DNA from: Gammaproteobacteria bacterium
Lineage (GTDB): Bacteria; Pseudomonadota; Gammaproteobacteria; Steroidobacterales; Steroidobacteraceae
Direction of reading: 5' to 3'
DNA: 64,000 bases
Assembly: GCA_016874295.1 (NCBI GenBank)
Contig: VGUH01000002.1
Span: forward strand, 74,344-138,343
The notes beneath the pieces are model-generated. The model saw nothing but the letters and a program-made list of their open reading frames with translations, was not told the DNA's origin and did not search any database. Shown here piece by piece: positions 54,942-64,000 of this stretch. A program made the translations under genes and the position numbers. Position 1 is the first letter of the stretch; each line of letters opens with the position of its first letter.

Positions 54942-55519
54942 ATGCAGAAATCCCGACGCGACCTGCTGCGCGCCACGATTGGACTCGGGGCCGCGGGCGC
55001 CCTCAAGGGCGCCTGGGCAAGCGCTTTGCCGGAACCGACCCCGACTCACGAAATCGGACCGTTCAATCCAGTGATACGCTCGCTGGAGGCGGACGCCGAC
55101 CTCACACTGCTCGAGGGGCACGCTCAGCGCGCCGAGGGCCGGGTGATCCACCTGATGGGTCGCGTGCTGAATGCGCAGGGCGAGCCCGTGCCCGGCGCAA
55201 AGATCGAGATCTGGCAGGCGAACACAAAGGGCCGCTATGCACACCCGGTCGATCGCAGCCTGGCGCCTATCCGATCAACCCGATGAATCCGGTCCAGGTC
55301 CGTCCGCCGCACATCCATTTCGACGTTACCGGCAGGAATTCCCGCATCGTGACGCAGATATACTTCCCGGACGAGCCGGAAAATGAGAATGACCTGCTCT
55401 TCGGCCCGCTGAGCGACCAGGACAAGCGTGCCCTCACGGCGAGCATGTCGCCGCCAACGGCCGATCTCGAGCCGGACGCCCTGCTGGTTCGCTGGGATAT
55501 CGTCCTGGTCGGGAGCTAG
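54942..55519 (+). pseudogene. Intradiol ring-cleavage dioxygenase (protocatechuate 3,4-dioxygenase-like) with Tat signal, disrupted by an internal out-of-frame deletion near 55263-55267
   Basis: Frame 1 reads MQKSRRDLLRATIGLGAAGAL...GRVLNAQGEPVPGAKIEIWQANTKGRYAHPVDRSLAP, then stops at 55286. Another frame continues AYPINPMNPVQVRPPHIHFDVTG...TQIYFPDEPENENDLLF...WDIVLVGS. The roughly 30 aa normally between the two blocks are missing. Confidence 0.65.
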
Positions 55520-56418
55520 TGCAGCCCCGGCGGTGCCGGTTGCGTCGAGCCGGGCGAAAACAGGCCCGCGACGTCCACCGCGTCGAAACGCCAGGCGCGG
55601 TTGCAGAACTCGCAGCGCACCTCGACGTCGCCGCGCTCCTCGAGCAGCGAGTAAACCTCCGGACCGCCGAGCGCCTGCAGGATCCCGGCGACGCGCTCGC
55701 GCGAGCAGGTGCACTGGAAGAAGACCGGCATACCCTCGAACAGGCGGATGTCGTCCTCCGGGAACAGGCGGCGCAGCAGCTCGTGGCACGGCAGGTCGGC
55801 GAGTTCCTTCGGCGCGAGCGTCGCGGCGAGGAGGCCCAGGCGACGCCAGGCATCGTCCGCCTCGGCGCGCTCCGACTCGCTGCCCGCCTCGCCCAGGGCC
55901 ACGCGTTGCAGCAGGAGCCCCGCCGCGCGGTCCGGTCCCGCCGCGAGCACGAGTCGCGAGGGCAGCTGCTCCGAGCGCTCGAAGTACTGCTCGAGGCAGT
56001 CGGCGAGCCGCGCGGTCACGAGCGGTACCACGCCCTGGTAGCGCTCGCCGCCCTCGTCCTGCTCGATCGTCACCGCGAGCTGGCCGTCGCCGAACAGCCC
56101 GTCCGCGGCCGGCGCACCCGGCGGGAGCGCGTCGTGGCGCGCGACGCCGCGGATCGCGTGGCGATGCGTGCACTGCGCGAGCATCAGTCGCACCGGCCCG
56201 GGCCCCTGAACTGGCAGCGACAGGCGGCCCTCGAACTTGAGCGCGCCGGCCATCAGCGCGGACGCAGCCATCGCTTCGCCGAGCGCGGCGGCGACCGGCT
56301 CCGGGTACGAATGGTGCTCGATCGCCGCGCGCCAGCTCGCGTCGAGGCGCACCAGGTGCCCGCGCACCGGCAGCCGCTCGAACAGGAACCGGTGCAGCAG
56401 GTCGCCGGGCGCGGTCAT
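55516..56418 (-). CDS. hslO: Redox-regulated chaperone Hsp33
   Basis: Start at ATG 56418 (ATGA overlap with the gatB stop). LHRFLFE...VRG.LVRL, C-terminal zinc centre CTCSRER ... CEFCN. 300 aa. Confidence 0.9.
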   Translation of the reverse strand: MTAPGDLLHRFLFERLPVRGHLVRLDASWRAAIEHHSYPEPVAAALGEAMAASALMAGALKFEGRLSLPVQGPGPVRLMLAQCTHRHAIRGVARHDALPPGAPAADGLFGDGQLAVTIEQDEGGERYQGVVPLVTARLADCLEQYFERSEQLPSRLVLAAGPDRAAGLLLQRVALGEAGSESERAEADDAWRRLGLLAATLAPKELADLPCHELLRRLFPEDDIRLFEGMPVFFQCTCSRERVAGILQALGGPEVYSLLEERGDVEVRCEFCNRAWRFDAVDVAGLFSPGSTQPAPPGLH

Positions 56419-57857
56419 GGACCGGCGAGGAGCTTCTTGAGCAGTTCGTTCACCTGCGCGGGATTCGCCTTGCCGGCGGTCGCCTTCATCACCTGGCCGA
56501 CAAAGAACCCGAACAGCTTGTCCTTGCCCGCGCGGTAATCGGCGAGCTGGCCCGGGTTCGCGGCCATGACGTCCCGGATCGCCTGCTCGATCGCGCCGGT
56601 ATCGGTGATCTGCCGGAGCCCGCGCTCGGCGATCACCGCGTCCGCGTCCTTGCGCTCGCTCCACATCGCCTCGAACACGTCCTTGGCGAGCTTGCCCGAG
56701 ATCGTGCCATCGACGATGCGCTTCAACAGGCCCGCAAGCGCCGCGGCGCCGACGGGCGCAACGCCGATCTCGAGGCCGTCGCGATTGAGGAACCCGGACA
56801 GCTCGCCCATCACCCAGTTGGCGGCGAGCTTCGGCTCGCCGGCGCCGGCCGCGACCTCCTCGTAGTAGGCCGCTAGCTCGCGGCTCGCGGTCAGCACGCC
56901 CGCGTCGTACTCCGAGAGTCCGTGTTCGCGCGCGAAGCGCGCCGCCTTGGCATCGGGCAGCTCCGGGAGCCCGGCACGCAGCTCGGCGACGAATGCCGCG
57001 TCGATCTCGAGCGGCAGCAGGTCCGGGTCCGGGAAGTAGCGGTAATCGTTCGCCTCCTCCTTGCTGCGCATCGGGCGGGTCTCGTCGCGGTCCGGGTCGT
57101 ACAGGCGCGTTTCCTGCACCACCTTGCCGCCGCCCTCGATCAGCTCGACCTGGCGCTCCACCTCGTGGTTGATCGCGCGCTCGACGAAGCGGAAGGAGTT
57201 GAGGTTCTTGATCTCGCAGCGGGTCCCGTACTCCTGCGCCCCGGCGCGGCGCACGGAGACGTTCGCATCGCAGCGGAACGAGCCCTCCTGCATGTTGCCG
57301 TCGCAGATCTCGAGGTAGCGCACCAGCGTGTGGATCTTCTTCATGTACGCGACGGCCTCGCGCGCCGAACGCATGTCAGGCTCCGAGACGATCTCGAGCA
57401 GCGGCGTGCCCGCACGGTTGAGGTCGATGCCGCTCATGCGGCCCAGCCCCTCGTGCAGCGACTTGCCGGCGTCTTCTTCGAGGTGCGCACGCGTGACGCC
57501 GACGGTCTTGCGGCTGCCGTCCTCGAGCAGGATCTCGACCGCGCCGCGCGCGACCACCGGCAGCTCGTACTGGCTGATCTGATAGCCCTTGGGCAGGTCC
57601 GGGTAGAAGTAATTCTTGCGCGCGAACACCGAGCGGGGCGCGATCGTGGCGCCGATCGCGAGCCCGAACCTGACCGCCATGAGCACCGCCTCGCGGTTCA
57701 GCACCGGCAGCGTGCCGGGATAGCCGAGGTCCACGAGATTCGCCTGCGCGTTTGGCGGCGCGCCGTAGGCGGTGGCCGAGCCCGAGAAGATCTTCGAGCG
57801 CGTCGCGAGCTGCGCGTGGATCTCGAGGCCGATGACGGTTTCCCAGCCGTTCGCCAT
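56415..57857 (-). CDS. gatB: Asp-tRNA(Asn)/Glu-tRNA(Gln) amidotransferase subunit B
   Basis: Start at ATG 57857 ([17 protein letters not shown]). 480 aa. C-terminal YqeY-like domain. Confidence 0.95.
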   Translation of the reverse strand: MANGWETVIGLEIHAQLATRSKIFSGSATAYGAPPNAQANLVDLGYPGTLPVLNREAVLMAVRFGLAIGATIAPRSVFARKNYFYPDLPKGYQISQYELPVVARGAVEILLEDGSRKTVGVTRAHLEEDAGKSLHEGLGRMSGIDLNRAGTPLLEIVSEPDMRSAREAVAYMKKIHTLVRYLEICDGNMQEGSFRCDANVSVRRAGAQEYGTRCEIKNLNSFRFVERAINHEVERQVELIEGGGKVVQETRLYDPDRDETRPMRSKEEANDYRYFPDPDLLPLEIDAAFVAELRAGLPELPDAKAARFAREHGLSEYDAGVLTASRELAAYYEEVAAGAGEPKLAANWVMGELSGFLNRDGLEIGVAPVGAAALAGLLKRIVDGTISGKLAKDVFEAMWSERKDADAVIAERGLRQITDTGAIEQAIRDVMAANPGQLADYRAGKDKLFGFFVGQVMKATAGKANPAQVNELLKKLLAGP

Positions 57858-57862
57858 GGCGC

Positions 57863-60777
<2,915 letters not shown>

Positions 60778-60785
60778 AGGCCCCA

Positions 60786-61700
60786 TTGAGTTCTCACGAG
60801 TCGGAGCCCAGGCCCCTCCTGCTCGGCGGCCCCGCGCTGGGGCTCCGGCTGATCGTGCTCGCGGCCATGGCCGCCGGCCTCATGGTCGCCGACCACCGCC
60901 AGCACCACCTCGCGGCGATCCGCGACGCCATCGCGACCCTCGCCTACCCGATCCAGTGGGCGCTCTCGGCGCCGGTCCAGGCCTGGGACGCCATGCGCGA
61001 GTCGTTCGCGACCCGGACGCGCGTCGAGGCCGAGAACGTCAAGCTCGCCTCCGACAACCTGGTGCTGCGCCTGAAGCTGCTGCGCTTCGAATCGCTCGAG
61101 CAGGAGAACCGGCGGCTGCGGGCGGTGCGCGAGAGTTCGCCGCGCGCCGTGCAGCGCACGCTGGTCGCGGAAATCCTGCGCGTCGACCTCGATCCGTACC
61201 GGCAGCGGGTGCTGGTGAACCAGGGCGCGCGCGCGGGCGTGTTCCGCGGCCAGGCGGCGATCGACGCCAACGGCATCTTCGGCCAGGTCACGCGCGCCGG
61301 CCCGGTCTCGGCCGAGATCATTCTGATCACCGATCCGGAGCACGCGATTCCGGTGCAGGTCAACCGCACCGGTGCGCGCAGCATCGCGCTCGGCACCGGT
61401 CGCTCGGGTCTCCTGTCGCTGCCGTACCTGCCGCAGAACACGGACGTGATCGTCGGCGACCTGCTGGTCAGTTCCGGGCTCGGCGGTGTCTATCCGCCCG
61501 GCTACCCCGCCGCGAAAGTGACGTCGGTCGTGCGCGATCCCGCCCAGCCACTGCTCGCGGTCGAGGCCGAGCCGCTCGCCGGGCTCGATCGCGTCCCGGA
61601 AGTGCTGCTCGTGTGGTTCGACAACGCGATCGTCGAGCCGGAACCGGAGCAGGAGGATCAGCCGCCCGCAACGGCGCCGCCGCCCGGTGCAGCGCCATGA
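60786..61700 (+). CDS. mreC: Rod-shape-determining protein MreC
   Basis: Probable TTG start at 60786 (AGAGG 6 nt upstream). TM segment, coiled-coil ENVKLASDNLVLRLKLLRFESLEQENRRLR, beta domains, Pro-rich tail. Confidence 0.8.
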   Translation: MSSHESEPRPLLLGGPALGLRLIVLAAMAAGLMVADHRQHHLAAIRDAIATLAYPIQWALSAPVQAWDAMRESFATRTRVEAENVKLASDNLVLRLKLLRFESLEQENRRLRAVRESSPRAVQRTLVAEILRVDLDPYRQRVLVNQGARAGVFRGQAAIDANGIFGQVTRAGPVSAEIILITDPEHAIPVQVNRTGARSIALGTGRSGLLSLPYLPQNTDVIVGDLLVSSGLGGVYPPGYPAAKVTSVVRDPAQPLLAVEAEPLAGLDRVPEVLLVWFDNAIVEPEPEQEDQPPATAPPPGAAP

Positions 61701-62182
61701 TGCACGGGACACGCACGAATTTCGGCTGGGTCCGGGTCGTAGTGCTGACCGTGCTCACGCTCGCCGCGACCGTGCTGCCGCTGCCGGAGCCGCTCGAGCC
61801 GTATCGCCCGAATTTCGTGGCGCTGACGGTGCTCTGGTTCTGCCTCCTTTCGCCGCGCCTGCTCGGTCTCGGTTACGCCTGGCTCGCCGGCCTCGCGCTC
61901 GACGGCTTCGCCGGCGTGCTGCTCGGCCAGCACGCGCTGACGCTGACCGTGATCGCCTATGTCGCCTGCAAGCTCAGGCTGCAGATCCGCGCCTTCCCGC
62001 CGCTGCAGCAGTCGGCCGTGATCCTGGCGCTGCTGTGGCTCAACGAGTTCCTGCTGTTCTGGATCGACGGCATCGCCGGGCACGCGATCACCGACTGGAG
62101 GCGCTGGCTCACGGTGCCGGTCAGCGCAGCGCTGTGGCCGCTGGTCAACGGTCTGTTCGCACGCTACGCGTCGAGGCGCTAG
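61697..62182 (+). CDS. mreD: Rod-shape-determining protein MreD
   Basis: ATGA overlap with mreC. 161 aa polytopic membrane protein in the conserved position. Confidence 0.85.
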   Translation: MMHGTRTNFGWVRVVVLTVLTLAATVLPLPEPLEPYRPNFVALTVLWFCLLSPRLLGLGYAWLAGLALDGFAGVLLGQHALTLTVIAYVACKLRLQIRAFPPLQQSAVILALLWLNEFLLFWIDGIAGHAITDWRRWLTVPVSAALWPLVNGLFARYASRR

Positions 62183-62186
62183 CGGC

Positions 62187-64000
62187 ATGCGTCGCGTGCG
62201 TATCAAGGACGACGCCCTCGAGCAGCGCATCTACTTCCAGCGCTCGCTGATCGCCGTCGGCATCGTCGCCGGAATCGCCTTGTTGCTATCCGGCCGGGCG
62301 TTCTGGCTCCAGGTGGCCCAGTACGAGCACTACCTCAAGCTGTCGCAAGGCAACCGCGCCCGCATCGAGCCGCTGCCGCCGAATCGCGGCATCATCTTCG
62401 ATCGGGCGGGGCGCGTGATCGCCGAGAACACGCCCGCCTACCAGCTCGAGATCCTGCGCGAGCGCGCAGGCAACCTCGAGGAGACCCTGTCGCGCCTCGC
62501 GCGTTTCGGCCTGCTCGAAGCCTCGGACGTCGGGCGCGTGCGCCAGCTGGTGCTTGCCCGGCGCTCGTTCGAGGCGGTCCCGTTCCTGCTCCAGCTCGAC
62601 GACCAGGAAATCGCCCGTTACGCCGTGCACCGCCACGAGCTGCCCGGCGTGCTGCTCGAAACGCGCATGGCGCGCCACTACCCGTATGGCACGGTCGGTG
62701 CGCACGCAATCGGCTACGTCGGCACGATCAGCGAGGAAGACATGCAGCGCGTGGACCGGCAGCGCTACTTCGGCACCGGCGTGATCGGCAAGACCGGCGT
62801 CGAGCGCGCTTACGAGGACGAGCTGCTCGGCGCCGGCGGCTACAGGGAGGTGCTGGTGAACGCCGAGGGCCGTCCGGTGAGACTCGCCGGCGGCCCCGAC
62901 CAGCAGCTGCGCACGCGCGAGCCGCTGGCCGGCGACGACATGCACATGACGATCGACATCGAGCTGCAGCGGGTCGCGGAGGAGGCATTCGCCGGCCGCC
63001 GCGGCGGCGTCGTCGCGATCGATCCGGCGAACGGCGACGTGCTGGTGTTCGCGAGCCTGCCGTCCTTCGACCCGAACGGCTTTGCGCGCGGCATCTCGCG
63101 CAGCTACTACCTCGCGCTGACCGAGAACCCCGACCAGCCGCTGTTCAACCGCGTGCTGCGCGGCACCTACCCCCCGGGCTCCACGGTCAAGCCGATGATG
63201 GCGCTCGCGGGCCTCGAGTACGAGGTCGTCCGGCCGGAGGACCAGGTTCACTGCCTGGGCAGCTACTCGCTGCCGGGTTCGCGACACCGCTTCCGCGACT
63301 GGAAGCGCGAGGGGCACGGAACCGTCGACATGCGGCGGGCGGTCATGCAGTCCTGCGACATCTATTTCTACCGCCTCGCGAACACGCTCGGCATCCAGCG
63401 CATCCACGACGCGATGGCGCACATGGGTTTTGGCCAGCCGACCGGCATCGACATCGCCGGCGAGCGCGGCGGCATCATGCCGTCGCCTGCCTGGAAGAAA
63501 ACCGCGTTCGGGACCGCCGCGCAGCAGGTCTGGTTTCCGGGCGAGACCGTGATCGTCGGCATCGGCCAGGGCTACTGGACGGCGACACTGCTGCAGCTCG
63601 CCAAGGCCACCGCCCTGCTCTCGACCCGCGGACGCCACTATCGCCCGCGCCTCGTGCAAGCGCTGGCGGACCCGAAGACCGGCGCGGTCACGGACAATCC
63701 GCCCGAGGCGCTCGAGCCGCTCGTGCTGAACCAGCCGGAGAACTGGGAGGTCATCGTCGACGCAATGGTGGCGGTGACGACCGGCGGGACCGCTGCGCGC
63801 GCGGCGCGCGGCGCCGCCTACTCGATCGCCGGCAAGACCGGCACCGCGCAGGTGTTCTCGATCGGCCAGACCGAGAAGTACAATGAGAAAGAGGTCGCGG
63901 AACGCCTGCGCGACCACGCGCTGTTCGTCGCCTTCGCACCGGCGGACGACCCGAAGCTCGCGGTCGCGGTGCTGGTCGAGAACGGCGGCGCCGGCAGCGC
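62187..64000 (+). CDS. mrdA: Penicillin-binding protein 2 (peptidoglycan D,D-transpeptidase), 3' end beyond the window
   Basis: ATG 62187: MRRVRIKDDALEQRIYFQRSLIAVGIV... then PPNRGIIFDRAGRVIAENTPAY and the SxxK motif in PPGSTVKPMMAL. The frame is open to the window end, so it is absent from the ORF track. Confidence 0.9.
   Translation, partial: MRRVRIKDDALEQRIYFQRSLIAVGIVAGIALLLSGRAFWLQVAQYEHYLKLSQGNRARIEPLPPNRGIIFDRAGRVIAENTPAYQLEILRERAGNLEETLSRLARFGLLEASDVGRVRQLVLARRSFEAVPFLLQLDDQEIARYAVHRHELPGVLLETRMARHYPYGTVGAHAIGYVGTISEEDMQRVDRQRYFGTGVIGKTGVERAYEDELLGAGGYREVLVNAEGRPVRLAGGPDQQLRTREPLAGDDMHMTIDIELQRVAEEAFAGRRGGVVAIDPANGDVLVFASLPSFDPNGFARGISRSYYLALTENPDQPLFNRVLRGTYPPGSTVKPMMALAGLEYEVVRPEDQVHCLGSYSLPGSRHRFRDWKREGHGTVDMRRAVMQSCDIYFYRLANTLGIQRIHDAMAHMGFGQPTGIDIAGERGGIMPSPAWKKTAFGTAAQQVWFPGETVIVGIGQGYWTATLLQLAKATALLSTRGRHYRPRLVQALADPKTGAVTDNPPEALEPLVLNQPENWEVIVDAMVAVTTGGTAARAARGAAYSIAGKTGTAQVFSIGQTEKYNEKEVAERLRDHALFVAFAPADDPKLAVAVLVENGGAGS

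Overview
High-GC (by eye about two-thirds G+C) proteobacterial chromosome segment, almost fully coding. The gene order from about 43.4 kb onward (ychF-pth-rplY-prs-tRNA-Gln-ispE-lolB-TPR / hemA-prfA-prmC, then gatCAB / mreBCD-mrdA) is the conserved gammaproteobacterial core arrangement. 

**Accessory metabolism, 1-41 kb**
- Two polyamine gamma-glutamylation catabolic modules: potF-like/spuC/puuA/puuD with a second GS-like gene and puuB, and later aguB/puuC/puuR-like with two more aminotransferases including gabT.
- A peptidase/amidohydrolase group: CapA, M24, and two amidohydrolases.
- A one-carbon block: fhs, a TetR regulator, a non-pyrrolysine MttB-family methyltransferase, and NAD-dependent formate dehydrogenase fdsGBA-D.
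- One 837-bp IS5-family element, rlmL, a DnaQ/GIY-YIG fusion nuclease and a TonB-dependent receptor.

**Most interesting locus, 41.5-43.0 kb**
A SLOG-like (SMF/DprA-LOG superfamily) protein sits directly upstream of a membrane protein built from two tandem 2TM, SLATT-like modules. The pair lies between tRNA-Met and ychF. This predicted nucleotide-sensor plus membrane-effector pairing has, to my knowledge, no experimental characterisation. Here it may be a fusion split by a frameshift.

**Second theme: gene decay**
Many non-essential genes look damaged by small deletions, while every housekeeping gene has a canonical length.
- GNAT acetyltransferase: length not divisible by 3.
- SAM methyltransferase: 1-nt frameshift.
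- Two N-terminally truncated genes fused head to head near 17.8 kb.
- A half-length YqhA-family gene.
- An intradiol dioxygenase with an internal out-of-frame deletion.
- Possibly a shortened LEA-like lipoprotein.

No rRNA, CRISPR array or prophage was seen. All family calls come from motif recognition by eye; no database search was run.
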